This document shows, one piece after another, positions 46,252-56,517 of a DNA stretch of 64,000 nucleotides (position 1 is the stretch's first letter; every line of letters begins with the position of its first letter). Position numbers and translations under genes: made by a program. The DNA is from an uncultured Bacteroidales bacterium (GTDB lineage: Bacteria; Bacteroidota; Bacteroidia; Bacteroidales; SZUA-534). The stretch spans positions 127,672 to 191,671 of the forward strand of contig CADASL010000005.1 of assembly GCA_902790595.1 (NCBI GenBank). Direction: 5' to 3'. A model generated the notes under the pieces. The model worked only from the letters and a program-made list of their open reading frames with translations, ran no database searches and was not told where the DNA came from.

Positions 46252-47337
46252 TCACTTCGCTTCGGGCACATTCGTGTTCCTGTTCAGAACTTCGCGCGCA
46301 TCTTTGGCAAACTGACTCAAACGTCCCCAATTATCTGATTGAATGGGCTTTAGCAAACCATTTTCAGCATCGGCCACCGCGACAATATAAAACAGGCGCT
46401 TGTCGCCCACCTTCGGGTAGTGAACGTATGTGAGCAGATAATCGGCTTCGATTTTCGGTTTTTGGCCGCAACGCTTTGTCAGTCTGACGTTTACCATTGC
46501 AGCGCCGTCGCGGGGGGCAGTGCGCTGAGCGCTCACAAAATTGCCCAACGAATAAACGAGCAACTGATTGGCGGCGGTATCCACTTCCATTGGTTGCAAC
46601 ACGTGCGGGTGCGAGCCGATAATCAGGTCAACACCTTGTTTTTTAAGCATTTCGGCCATTTGCATTTGGCTGCGGCTTGGCACCGTGTCGTACTCAATGC
46701 CCCAGTGCATACAGGCCACAATCAAATCGGGGTTCAGCCTTTTCGCTGCCGCTATATCGTTGATAATGTTATTTTTATCGATACGATTCACAACTGTGCC
46801 CTTTGGCGTTGGCAGTTCGTTGGTGCCATAGGTGTAATTCAGAATGGCCAACTTAATTCCCTTAACATCTACAATTAACGGATATTTCTGACGGAATTCG
46901 GTCGAATCGTGGAACGTGCCAGTGTGCGGAATTCGCAGAGAATCAAGCACATCGAGCGTGCGCACCACTCCTTTCCGACCGCCGTCGCAGGTGTGGTTGT
47001 TCGACGTGACCAAGGCATCGAAACCGCAATCTTTCACAGCCACGGCCAACGCATCAGGCGACGAGAACTGCGGATAGCCCTTGAACGGCGGCCCTGCAAG
47101 CGTTACTTCAAAATTGGCAAGGGCAAAATCGGCTTTTTCCACATACGGCTTAATGTAGCGGAAGCAGTCGGTGTAATCGTAGGTTTTGGTGGAATCGTTG
47201 TAGGCGGCGGCAATCTGCGAGTCGTGGCCCATTATGTCACCCGCAAATAGCAGAGTTACAACCGAATCGGCCGTTTGAGCCTTCAAGGGCTGTACGGCAA
47301 TCGCCAACAATGGCACGATTATCGTTTTCAGATTCAT
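46252..47337 (-). CDS. CapA/PGA_cap family metallophosphoesterase
   Basis: FAGDIM, ANFE, SNNHT.D, MHWGIEY, IGSHPHVLQ, YSLGNF. Confidence 0.9.
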   Translation of the reverse strand: MNLKTIIVPLLAIAVQPLKAQTADSVVTLLFAGDIMGHDSQIAAAYNDSTKTYDYTDCFRYIKPYVEKADFALANFEVTLAGPPFKGYPQFSSPDALAVAVKDCGFDALVTSNNHTCDGGRKGVVRTLDVLDSLRIPHTGTFHDSTEFRQKYPLIVDVKGIKLAILNYTYGTNELPTPKGTVVNRIDKNNIINDIAAAKRLNPDLIVACMHWGIEYDTVPSRSQMQMAEMLKKQGVDLIIGSHPHVLQPMEVDTAANQLLVYSLGNFVSAQRTAPRDGAAMVNVRLTKRCGQKPKIEADYLLTYVHYPKVGDKRLFYIVAVADAENGLLKPIQSDNWGRLSQFAKDAREVLNRNTNVPEAK

Positions 47338-47340
47338 AGA

Positions 47341-48405
47341 CTATTTATTTCGATAAATGTTCAGAAATACAGGCAGGTGGTCGCTGTAGCCGCCAAGATA
47401 CTTGTAGCCCGCATAGGTGCGATATGGCTTGAATCCAACGTTGGTATCGTCGGCTTCGAGCAGGAACGGCGGATTGAACACGCGCGCTTCATCCTTGTCG
47501 GTGTAGAGCTCGCCTTGACCATCGAGCAGCGAGCCACTGATAATCATTTGGTCGAGAATGCCCCAAGTGCCATCGTATTTATGTGTGCCCCAACCTTTTA
47601 CAAACTGCATATAGTATGCCAGATTGTATAGCCGCGACTGCTCAATGGTTGAGAAATCGGTCTGCGCCTGCAACTCAACGCAGACGCTGTTGTTGTCGGG
47701 ATAGTCGTTCAAGTCGCCCATTATCAGAATTGCAGCACGCTGATTATCAGCCTGAAGCGAATCAACTTTCAAGCGGACAATCTTTGCCACTTCGCGGCGC
47801 AGTTCGTCGGTTTCGGTCTGTCCGCCCCAGCGCGAAGGCCAGTGGTTGACAAAAACGTGCAGAGTGTCGCCGTGGATTGTGGTGCCCGACGCCATTATTA
47901 TATCGCGTGTCCCGCGGCCGTTTTTGTTCACATACACAGGAATATACGTCACATTGAACGGCTTGAAGCGTTTGGGCTGATAGAGCATCACAACGTCAAT
48001 TCCGCGGCTGTCGGGCGACTCTTTGTGCAGAAATTTATACTCAAAGCGCCGCAGATTCGAACTATTCACCAGACTTTCAACCGCATAGCGCGACTCAACC
48101 TCACAAAGTCCGATAATGTCGGGCGGCGTCCAACCGCCAACGGCGGCTATCACCTTGGCAATCTGCGCCCTTTTAGTGTAGAAACGCTGTTTGGTCCAGT
48201 GTTTTTCGCCGTCGGGCGTGAACTCGTCGTCGTTTTTCTCGGGGTCGTCATCCACATCGAAATAGTTCTCGCAGTTGTAGAACATCACCCGCAGATAACG
48301 CTCTTTTTCAACCACTTGACGCAAATCATCGGGCAGAGCGTCAGTTTGCGGAAAAGCCGCAAACCCAATCAGCGACAATAATAATATGGTCAGTGCACGT
48401 TTCAT
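47341..48405 (-). CDS. Secreted endonuclease/exonuclease/phosphatase family protein
   Basis: FYNCENYFD, LCEVE, NHWPSR, MGDLND, GYSDHLPV. Confidence 0.9.
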   Translation of the reverse strand: MKRALTILLLSLIGFAAFPQTDALPDDLRQVVEKERYLRVMFYNCENYFDVDDDPEKNDDEFTPDGEKHWTKQRFYTKRAQIAKVIAAVGGWTPPDIIGLCEVESRYAVESLVNSSNLRRFEYKFLHKESPDSRGIDVVMLYQPKRFKPFNVTYIPVYVNKNGRGTRDIIMASGTTIHGDTLHVFVNHWPSRWGGQTETDELRREVAKIVRLKVDSLQADNQRAAILIMGDLNDYPDNNSVCVELQAQTDFSTIEQSRLYNLAYYMQFVKGWGTHKYDGTWGILDQMIISGSLLDGQGELYTDKDEARVFNPPFLLEADDTNVGFKPYRTYAGYKYLGGYSDHLPVFLNIYRNK

Positions 48406-49844
48406 TGCTCAATCCTTTCGTATGCGCCCAAATCGGGTAGGCTGTCGCGCTCAACACCATCCAAATCGAGCGGATAATCAATCAGATAGGCAGGATTGCC
48501 ACGGTCTTTTGCCGCCGACAGTGTGTCGAGACGGAAATCACCTTCGGCGGGATTGACAAAACGCGGCAAATCGGTTGGCGCCGACACAATGTTTTTAAAC
48601 AGCGTGGTGTCGTCCATTGCAAAGCGCGGGTCAACCTTCAGCATACAGTTCTCGAACTGGAACTCGAAATGCGTTTTTTCGCCAAGTCTCTCATAGATAG
48701 ATATTTCCGAAGCCAGTGAACCGTGAATTATGCTGTTTGCGAAATGCGCTTCAAAATCGTATAGGTGGTGAACCTCTTTCTCCGTTTCATTCGCTTTATT
48801 TTCAGTATAATAGTTGTTAATCACCAGCGATGGCATCAAATGACGCGCCGCATAGTTGACAAGCGTTGTGTGGACAAATTTGTATTTTCCGCCCAAAGAG
48901 AGCGCCGCAGCATAGTAATCACAATTGTAAATCAACGTGTTATAAACATCAAGATTGGCCGTTTGCGCGTAAATGCCCGAAATCGACATATTGGAAATCA
49001 CAGTGTTCGAGAGTGTCAATGTTGTTTCGTCATCAACGTGATTGTCGATTTGAATACCTTTTGTACCATTTTTTATAATAGCGTAATTAATTGTGTTTCC
49101 GCTACTTCCGTTCATAAAATGAATATTGCCGAAATAATAGGTATTACCTTCGATTTTATAAGTCGCCCCCCACTGTCCCGACTTGTCGGCGTAATATTTC
49201 TCAAGCCTATCGCCCTGAAAAACAATCGGTTCATCTTTAGTACCATTCACGTGAAGCCTTCCTGCGACAATCATACTCGAATTATTGTGAAAATAGATTT
49301 GCACGCCTGGGTCGATTTCGAGCGTGCATAGGCTATCCACCATCACCGAATTATATATAAGGTATGGCTTGTCGGCAACCCAATGGGCATCGCCAATGAG
49401 CGAATCGTTGTAGAAATGCACATCCTGGCCAAAAGCCTGCAGCTTGACATTCTGTACATTACCATTAGTGGTGAATTGAATCGAATCGAGAACCACAAGT
49501 GGCAAATCGCTGTTTTGGGGGTCAATCGTCACTTCAACAAAAATGAAAGCGCTGTCGTTGCCACGAATTTCAAGATTGTCGAGATTGTTGCCGGCAATGC
49601 CATCGACATTAAGCCGATAGCAGCCCTCGCGCAATGAGACCGATGTGCGAACAGCATCTTTGTTCCGATTATATATTCTGAACTGCTTTGTAACCGAGCC
49701 GATTGTGGTGAAAATGGTATCGAACTTGACCGTATCTGTCGAGAATTCAAGGCGCGCCGATGGAGAATCAGTGAATTTTTCAGTATCCTGACACGATAGC
49801 AAAACCACGCCGCACAACAGCAGACCGCATAAGAATATCCTCAT
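48402..49844 (-). CDS. Hypothetical lipoprotein with beta-helix region
   Basis: LLS-C lipobox; STDTVKFDTIFT; C-terminal DLDG..R...PDLGAYE. Confidence 0.8.
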   Translation of the reverse strand: MRIFLCGLLLCGVVLLSCQDTEKFTDSPSARLEFSTDTVKFDTIFTTIGSVTKQFRIYNRNKDAVRTSVSLREGCYRLNVDGIAGNNLDNLEIRGNDSAFIFVEVTIDPQNSDLPLVVLDSIQFTTNGNVQNVKLQAFGQDVHFYNDSLIGDAHWVADKPYLIYNSVMVDSLCTLEIDPGVQIYFHNNSSMIVAGRLHVNGTKDEPIVFQGDRLEKYYADKSGQWGATYKIEGNTYYFGNIHFMNGSSGNTINYAIIKNGTKGIQIDNHVDDETTLTLSNTVISNMSISGIYAQTANLDVYNTLIYNCDYYAAALSLGGKYKFVHTTLVNYAARHLMPSLVINNYYTENKANETEKEVHHLYDFEAHFANSIIHGSLASEISIYERLGEKTHFEFQFENCMLKVDPRFAMDDTTLFKNIVSAPTDLPRFVNPAEGDFRLDTLSAAKDRGNPAYLIDYPLDLDGVERDSLPDLGAYERIEQ

Positions 49845-49890
49845 AACATCGCTTTTTCCGTCAAACGCAATCGGCTCTGCCGATATTGCG

Positions 49891-52182
49891 TCACGCTTCC
49901 TCGCCCAGATTTTGGATAAACGCCGTATAAGAGTACTCGTTCAGAATCTTTGCGCCAGCCAGCATAATAATCACAGGTTTCTCTGTGCCGTCCTTTGCCA
50001 GAATCTGCTCCTCTTTGCGAACGCCAACAACCTTGCGTTTGTCGGGGTGCAGCAGGTTCACCATAAACTCGTCCTCGTCTTGTGTGTAGTTGCGGAAAAG
50101 CATCTTGATGTTCTTGCCCAGCACCTCGGTGCGCGAATAGCCCCAAAGCGTTTCGGCCGCACGGTTGAAGAACTCCACATCGCCAGCCTGGTTGATGGTT
50201 ACTATTGCGTCGTGCGCACCTTCGAGAGTCTTCTCGTTGCGCACTTTTACTCTCTCTATTTCCTGGAATTGAGCCTTCACCTCGCGACGAGCCTCGGCCA
50301 GCTTGGTTTGCAGCTCGTTCTCGTGAGCCTGGATTTCCTGCTCCTGCTTCTTTATCAGCTCGCTTTGCTCTTGCGAGAGTTGCTCCATATTCTTCTGCTC
50401 GGTGATTTCGTGGGCGATGGCCACCACTTTCGAAATCTCGTCTTGCATATTCTTGACCGGAGTGAACGTAACACCAAGCCACTTGATGTCGCCTTTGGCG
50501 GTATGCAGTTTTGCCTGACCGGTAAATGTCTGTCCGTTAACAATTTTGTTCCAAACCGATTCGAAATCGCTCTGCTCGTCCTCTCCCATAAAGGTGAACA
50601 CGCTGTAATCTTTCAAATCATCGAGCGAGTAACCCACAAGGTCAAGGAATTTCTGGTTACCGTTGACCATACGTCCGCTCGGTGCATATTCAACCATCAC
50701 GTCGGAGTTGTTGAGTGCTTTTATTTTGCTCTCAAAATCAAGGCTTTGCTCCTGCTGCGTTGTGGTATCGATGGCAAGCAGAAGAATCTTCACAACCATC
50801 TGCATACTATCGCGCACGCAAGTGAATGTCGACATTGTCCAAACATCACGTCCGTTCTTAGCCAGCAGCTTCATATAACCCTCATAGTGGTGGCCGCCTT
50901 TCACAAGCTCGTCCCATATCTCATTGAACTGGTGACGGTTGCGCTCGCTGATGAACGACGAAATATGATGTCCGTCAACATCGGCGTTCGAAGAGTAGCC
51001 AAGTTTTTTCAAGAACCGCAAGTTGGCGTAAACCAAAATTCCATTTAGGTCGAATTCGGCACGTATCAGCGTGTGGTTCACCGAGTTATTAAAGCTGATG
51101 AACTCCTCGGCCTGCTTTGTGGCCTCTTCCTGAGTTGCCTGAAGCTCCTCCATATTCTGGCGCATCTCCTCCTCCTGTTGCGAGAGGCGGTCGGCCTGCT
51201 CTTGCGAGTCGGCAAGGAGTTTGGTTGTGCGCATATTGATTTTCACCGTTGAAATGGTAGTGGCGATACTCTCGGCAACCTTCTCAACAAAGCTGATAAC
51301 ATACTCTGCAAACGGATGGAACGACGACAGCTCAAGCACTCCGTGAATCTCATCGTTAACCTTGAGCGGAACAATCAGAAGCACGCGCGGATTGGCCTCG
51401 CCCAAACCCGAAGTAACCTCAATGTATTCCTCCGGCACCTCGTCAAGATAAATGGTGTTCTTCTCGTAAGCGGCGCGGCCCACCAAACCCTCCGACAATT
51501 CAACACGTTTCTGGCTGAATTTCTTGCGCCCGTAGGCAAAATGCGCAATCAAGTCGAAGTGTGCGTCATCTTGAATCTCATCGTTCAAAATGAAGAAACC
51601 GCCCTGAACAGCACCTATATATTCACTCAACTGGCTGATAACCTCGAAAGCCAACCGATTGATATCGTTATTGTTGTTACGCAGAATCTCGCCAAATTTG
51701 GCCAAGCCACCGGCTGTCCAGTTGCGTTGCTCGTCCTCCTCTTTGCGTTTAAGCTCCTCCTGACGGTTGTGCTGCAGATTGTCGCGCAGTTCTATCATAA
51801 TGTTTCCCAGTGCGTTACCCTTCTCAGGCACATACTCGCTGTTCAAATTCCCCTTAGACAGTTCTTCGGCAAAATTGAACAGGTTTTTCTGGCTGTTATC
51901 TTTGTAAGTCTCAAGGTCGTAGAGTTTTTCCGCCACGCGATAGGTGTATTTGCCGGCAATCCAGCCAGCCGCCAGAAACACAAGCGGAAGCAGCGTCACT
52001 ATCAGCAGGTGCGGCTTGTCGGCGTGCAGTTTCACTATGTTGCTCAACGTAAAAATCAGCCCGTTTTCCTTCAGAGCCAATATGTAAACAACAACTGCAA
52101 TGGCCAATCCCACCCCAACAGCTATCAGCGAAAATTGAAATACCGTATTGGTTATATTCTTTTTAACTGAATTCTTTTTCAT
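49891..52182 (-). CDS. Membrane sensor with GAF, coiled coil and three PAS domains; no output domain
   Basis: Two TM helices; GAF (EGLVGRAAYEK...IVPLK); QEEEMRQNMEELQATQEE; PAS motifs to the C-terminus. Confidence 0.85.
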   Translation of the reverse strand: MKKNSVKKNITNTVFQFSLIAVGVGLAIAVVVYILALKENGLIFTLSNIVKLHADKPHLLIVTLLPLVFLAAGWIAGKYTYRVAEKLYDLETYKDNSQKNLFNFAEELSKGNLNSEYVPEKGNALGNIMIELRDNLQHNRQEELKRKEEDEQRNWTAGGLAKFGEILRNNNNDINRLAFEVISQLSEYIGAVQGGFFILNDEIQDDAHFDLIAHFAYGRKKFSQKRVELSEGLVGRAAYEKNTIYLDEVPEEYIEVTSGLGEANPRVLLIVPLKVNDEIHGVLELSSFHPFAEYVISFVEKVAESIATTISTVKINMRTTKLLADSQEQADRLSQQEEEMRQNMEELQATQEEATKQAEEFISFNNSVNHTLIRAEFDLNGILVYANLRFLKKLGYSSNADVDGHHISSFISERNRHQFNEIWDELVKGGHHYEGYMKLLAKNGRDVWTMSTFTCVRDSMQMVVKILLLAIDTTTQQEQSLDFESKIKALNNSDVMVEYAPSGRMVNGNQKFLDLVGYSLDDLKDYSVFTFMGEDEQSDFESVWNKIVNGQTFTGQAKLHTAKGDIKWLGVTFTPVKNMQDEISKVVAIAHEITEQKNMEQLSQEQSELIKKQEQEIQAHENELQTKLAEARREVKAQFQEIERVKVRNEKTLEGAHDAIVTINQAGDVEFFNRAAETLWGYSRTEVLGKNIKMLFRNYTQDEDEFMVNLLHPDKRKVVGVRKEEQILAKDGTEKPVIIMLAGAKILNEYSYTAFIQNLGEEA

Positions 52183-52382
52183 ATCGATACGATGTTACTA
52201 ATAGTTAAAATACAAACGTTCAAATTTAATAATTTATCGATTGGTGATGCAGAAAAGTTGCAGATTGAGTGCCGCAAAACGCATTAAATTTTACGCGGTC
52301 GAGCCGAATGTTTTTAAACCGATTGATTTGCAACCAAATAATCGAGCAGCCGCAAACAAAGGCTACTGCCGTTTCTCCGCAT

Positions 52383-52421
52383 AAAAAATCCCCGTCGGAC
52401 ATAAGCCCGGCAGGGATTTTT
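52383..52421 (-). terminator. Terminator after the OmpA-domain gene
   Basis: AAAAATCCC...GGGATTTTT. Confidence 0.7.
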
Positions 52422-52443
52422 GATTATCGAGCGCAAATTGAGC

Positions 52444-53454
52444 CTACTCCAGCACAACAAATTCTGTACGGCGGTTCAATTCACGATGCTCCTTATCTAT
52501 AGGTTCAGAGCTGCCGCGACCTTCTGTTTTGATGCGGTCTTGCTCAATGCCGGCCGAAATCAGATAGTCAGCTGCCACCTTTGCGCGCTCAACTGAGAGT
52601 TTTTGGTTAAACGCCTGCGTGCCGTCGGACGAAGCGTGACCGACAATAAGCAGTTTCACATTGGGATGTTTCTTGAGCATTTCGGCCAAATCGTCGAGCA
52701 CTTTTTTCGATTCATCCGTCAGTTTTGTTTGGGCTGCGGCAAACTGCGCGGCGTTAAACTCTTTTTGGATTGCCTCAACGGTGTCGGCGGGCGCAACGGT
52801 ATCAACAACTGCCGGAGCAACCGGTTCCGGCTCAACCACGGCGGGTTGCTCCTTGTTGCAGCCACGCAGCAGCAATATTATCAATATAATAATGGCGATT
52901 ATCAGCAACAGCCAAAGCCACCAAAGGCATTTTTTCTCCTTCTTTTCCTCGGTTGGGGCTGGTTCCTCCTGTTTGGGAGCAGGTTGCGGCTCCGGTTTGG
53001 CGGCAGGCTCGGCTGCGGCAGATTGTGCGGCTGCGGCAATGGCTGCGGCATCGTACTCAAGCGAGAATCCGCCCTTTTGGAAGCCCTCTATCGGCTTGCA
53101 CTCGACAACCTCAATGCCGTACTGCTTTACCCATTCAACCAACTTGTCGAAATCCTCTTTCTGCCAAAGTTGCTGCATTGCAACCTTTTGGCCGTTTTTC
53201 AACGTCAAAACTTCGTCTTCTTTCTCGAAGAAGAACATCTCATAATTCGATTTGCCCTCGGAATTTGTGAACTTCTCCGCATCGTTGACATCTATAAAAA
53301 TAGTGTCGCAACGGTTTGCTGAGTTCAAACTACCCGGAAACGCCGCGTTCAGTTCGTCGAGCGTAACATCGGGATTAATAATCAGATAGGCGTTGGCGAT
53401 GCCCAAAGCTGTCCGGCTCTGAGCCTTTCCGTAAACTTTAACTTTATTAGGCAT
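52444..53454 (-). CDS. OmpA-like peptidoglycan-binding domain protein with internal TM helix
   Basis: GHASSDG...NQKLS..RA...NRRTEF C-terminal domain; TM after a Pro/Ala linker; no signal peptide. Confidence 0.87.
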   Translation of the reverse strand: MPNKVKVYGKAQSRTALGIANAYLIINPDVTLDELNAAFPGSLNSANRCDTIFIDVNDAEKFTNSEGKSNYEMFFFEKEDEVLTLKNGQKVAMQQLWQKEDFDKLVEWVKQYGIEVVECKPIEGFQKGGFSLEYDAAAIAAAAQSAAAEPAAKPEPQPAPKQEEPAPTEEKKEKKCLWWLWLLLIIAIIILIILLLRGCNKEQPAVVEPEPVAPAVVDTVAPADTVEAIQKEFNAAQFAAAQTKLTDESKKVLDDLAEMLKKHPNVKLLIVGHASSDGTQAFNQKLSVERAKVAADYLISAGIEQDRIKTEGRGSSEPIDKEHRELNRRTEFVVLE

Positions 53455-53860
53455 AACTGTGTGGTTTAGAGTATATTACATTAAAAAGTCATTTTCAAAT
53501 AAAAGTCTGCGAAGCACCACACCATCATTTGTTCAACCTTTGCTCCGCGCGCTAAAATCGAATGGTCGCCAACCATCTGACAATCACACAATAAACGTAG
53601 ATTATTTTTTTGATAAATGCAAATACTCATTTAAATATAATGCGGCAGAAAATAATATGCCGAAATTGACTTTGCCCTATCCGAAAAGGCCTTCGCCCGC
53701 CCCTAAAATCTCGGTTATACATATCTATATGATTATCAGCAAAATAACTAAAAATGATATTTTTTTTGATTTTTTTCGCCGTTACTATTGCGCGAATCAA
53801 AAAATGCCGTACATTTGCATCGCTTTTGAGAAACAAAGCAACCACGTTCTAAAACGTATC

Positions 53861-53938
53861 GGGCGCTTAGCTCAGTTGGTTCAGAGCGTCTGCCTTACAA
53901 GCAGAGGGTCGGGGGTTCGAATCCCTCAGCGCCCACCA
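53861..53938 (+). tRNA. tRNA-Val (TAC)
   Basis: Cloverleaf with anticodon arm TCTGC-CTTACAA-GCAGA, GGTTCGAATCC T-loop, encoded CCA; promoter TACATTTG at 53810-53817. Confidence 0.97.
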
Positions 53939-53969
53939 AGCCTTACAATGAAAATTGTGAGGCTTTTTT
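53938..53969 (+). terminator. Terminator after tRNA-Val
   Basis: AAGCCTTACAAT...ATTGTGAGGCTT plus T-run. Confidence 0.75.
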
Positions 53970-54025
53970 GTTTCCCAATCGCGCATTTGTAGTTACTTTG
54001 CCATCAATTTAAAAAACAACAAAAA

Positions 54026-54922
54026 ATGAAACCTACATTACTGATACTGGCCGCCGGAATGGGCAGCCGCTACGGCGGGCTGAAGCAGCTCGACCACCTT
54101 GGAACATCGGGCGAGACAATTATGGACTACTCGGCCTTCGACGCAATGCGCGCCGGATTTGGCAAAGTGGTGTTCGTCATCCGCCGGAGTTTTGAAAAGG
54201 AGTTCCGCGAGATGTTTGTGGACAAGATGAAGGGCAAAATCGACATTGAGCTTGTCTTCCAAGACATTGAGAATATTCCGGCTGGCTTCAGTGTTCCGGC
54301 CGACCGCACAAAACCCTGGGGCACCGGCCACGCAATTCTGATGGCGAAAGATGTCATCAAAGAGCCTTTTGCTGTTATCAATGCTGACGATTTCTATGGC
54401 GCTGAGGCATTCAAAGTGATGGCCGACTACCTGACCAACGGCGTGAGCGACAGCGAGTACGCAATGTGCGGCTATCAGCTCTGCAAAACGCTATCTGACT
54501 TTGGTTCGGTGGCTCGCGGCATCTGCTCGGTTGACGCCAACGGCTTCCTGACCGACATTAAAGAACGCACCAGCATCGAGCGCAAAAACGGCAAAATTGT
54601 CTTCACCGAGAACGACACGGAAACCGAACTCGACGAGAATGTTCCCGTGTCGATGAATTTCTGGGGCTTCGCTCCCAACCTCTTCAAGCATCTTGAGGAA
54701 AAATTCGTGACATTCCTGAAGGCAAACGCATCGAAACCGAAATCGGAGTTTTACATTCCGATGGTTGTTGGCGAGCTGATGAATGAAGGCAAGGTGAAAA
54801 CCAAAGTGCTTCCGGCCAACGCCACCTGGTTTGGCGTAACCTACAAAGAGGACCGTCCCACAACAGTTGCCAAAATCGCCGACCTGGTGAAAAAAGGCCT
54901 GTATCCGGAAAAACTCTGGTAA
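54026..54922 (+). CDS. Sugar-phosphate nucleotidyltransferase
   Basis: LAAGMGSRYGGLKQ, KPWGTGHA, INADDFYG, VSMNFWGF. Confidence 0.88.
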   Translation: MKPTLLILAAGMGSRYGGLKQLDHLGTSGETIMDYSAFDAMRAGFGKVVFVIRRSFEKEFREMFVDKMKGKIDIELVFQDIENIPAGFSVPADRTKPWGTGHAILMAKDVIKEPFAVINADDFYGAEAFKVMADYLTNGVSDSEYAMCGYQLCKTLSDFGSVARGICSVDANGFLTDIKERTSIERKNGKIVFTENDTETELDENVPVSMNFWGFAPNLFKHLEEKFVTFLKANASKPKSEFYIPMVVGELMNEGKVKTKVLPANATWFGVTYKEDRPTTVAKIADLVKKGLYPEKLW

Positions 54923-54968
54923 GAAACGTGAATGGTTGGGCGGATTTGAGTCTGCCGACACACCTATA

Positions 54969-55006
54969 ATAAAAAACTTCAGCCCGCACGGACTGAAGTT
55001 TTTTTT
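54969..55006. terminator. Bidirectional terminator
   Basis: AAAAAACTTCAG...CTGAAGTTTTTT. Confidence 0.8.
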
Positions 55007-55007
55007 G

Positions 55008-55079
55008 TGATTCCATAGGGAGTCGAACCCTAATCGTCAGAACCGGAATCTGATATTCTATCCATTGAACTATGGAACC
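55008..55079 (-). tRNA. tRNA-Arg (CCG)
   Basis: GGTTCCA/TGGAATC acceptor, anticodon arm TCAGA-TTCCGGT-TCTGA, GGTTCGACTCC; CCA not encoded. Confidence 0.95.
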
Positions 55080-55185
55080 GAATCGGGCGCAAATGTAATA
55101 AAGATTTAGGATTTAGGAATCAAGAGTTAGGATTTACAAAGAATGAAGGTGTTTTGCGGGAACGCGAAACCGCACGCACGTGTTT

Positions 55186-55626
55186 CTATGCCCTTTTCTC
55201 ACTGAAAACCACCCTTTTACGTACAAAAAAGTTGAAGAAGAAGACCGTTATTTGCGCTATTGTATTGCTTATCAGAAAATAAACGCCGCAGCGGTTGGTG
55301 AGCACGGTGGTGATGCCAATGTTGATGGCCAGTCCGGCTGCGCCAATGAGCGTGAAGACGGCAAACTGCACAAGGCTCTTGCCCGCGCCGCCGGCTTTCT
55401 TGTGAAACACCCAGATGGTGCAGAGTCCGTAGTTGAGCAATCCGGCCAGCAGCGACGCCACAAAGGTTGAAAACGCCAGCCAGTCGGGGCCGAGTAGTCG
55501 CTCGTTAAGGTACCAGAGAATGGCGATGTTGGTTAGATAGCGAATGCCCTCAACCACAGCGTTGCGCACGATTTGCACGGTTGTGCTGTCGGTTTTGCCG
55601 AAAAGTTTTGCCCTGAGGTTTCCCAT
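55186..55626 (-). CDS. GtrA family membrane protein
   Basis: Four TM segments; NY...IWVF and NF...VF motifs; ATG 55626. Confidence 0.8.
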   Translation of the reverse strand: MGNLRAKLFGKTDSTTVQIVRNAVVEGIRYLTNIAILWYLNERLLGPDWLAFSTFVASLLAGLLNYGLCTIWVFHKKAGGAGKSLVQFAVFTLIGAAGLAINIGITTVLTNRCGVYFLISNTIAQITVFFFNFFVRKRVVFSEKRA

Positions 55627-55630
55627 CGCC

Positions 55631-56509
55631 TTAATTCCGTTTGTCGGCACCCCACATCAGTTTGTTGCGCAGGGTTGAGAAGAATCCGTGGCCGTCGAGC
55701 TTAATCACACTCACGCTCCGCTCCGATTTCCGAACGGTTATCTCGGTGGGATTGCTGAGCACCACCGATGTTGAATCGAGCGAAAGCATATAGTTCGGCT
55801 CGCGGCTTTCGACATTGATGCGAATGGTGCTGTTGTCGGGAATGACGAGCGGCCGCACCGTCAGATTGTGCGAGGCAATGGGCGTGATGATGATGTTTGG
55901 TGCGTTGGGCGACAAAATCGGGCCACCGGCGCTCATTGAGTAGGCCGTCGAACCTGTCGGAGTTGCAATTATCAGTCCGTCAGCCCAATAACTGGCAAGA
56001 TAGCTGTCGTCGATATATGTGTGGATGACAATCATACTCGAGCTGTCGCACTTGTGCACCGTCACCTCGTTAAGTGCGAACGGGTGCTTAATCTCGGCAA
56101 TGCCGGGCAGCAGTTCAAGCAGAGGACGCTGCTCAACAAGAAACTGACGGGCGGCCAGCGCATTGATGGCGTTCTCAACATCGTCGGGCTTAATGTCGGC
56201 CAAAAAGCCCAGGCGCCCGGTGTTGATGCCGACAAACGGAACTTTCAGATGCTCCAACTCACTGATTGCCTTCAAGAAACTGCCATCGCCACCCAACACA
56301 ATAATATAATCGAGATTGCCGGGCAAGTTTCCCGACGCATCGACATTGGAATAGACAAAATCTCCGTTCTGCTGCCAAAGGTTGAAAACCGGCGCAAACA
56401 ACGGGTGCAGCCAAATATGGGCCTTGTGGCGCTGGAGTGCGTCGAACAGAACCTTGAGCAACGGCTGATGCTGAGACCCGAACAGCTGACTGTAGATGGC
56501 AATATTCAT
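55631..56509 (-). CDS. nadK: NAD kinase
   Basis: GGDGSFL, GINTGRLGFL, ALNE, DGLIIATPTGSTAYS. Confidence 0.95.
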   Translation of the reverse strand: MNIAIYSQLFGSQHQPLLKVLFDALQRHKAHIWLHPLFAPVFNLWQQNGDFVYSNVDASGNLPGNLDYIIVLGGDGSFLKAISELEHLKVPFVGINTGRLGFLADIKPDDVENAINALAARQFLVEQRPLLELLPGIAEIKHPFALNEVTVHKCDSSSMIVIHTYIDDSYLASYWADGLIIATPTGSTAYSMSAGGPILSPNAPNIIITPIASHNLTVRPLVIPDNSTIRINVESREPNYMLSLDSTSVVLSNPTEITVRKSERSVSVIKLDGHGFFSTLRNKLMWGADKRN

Positions 56510-56517
56510 CGGACTGA

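Noticed and set aside
46252-47337. Poly-gamma-glutamate capsule locus
   Set aside because: CapA-family gene only, with no capB/capC nearby
53861-55079. tRNA-targeted genomic island between tRNA-Val and tRNA-Arg
   Set aside because: No duplicated tRNA 3' end or integrase, and the enclosed gene has host-like composition
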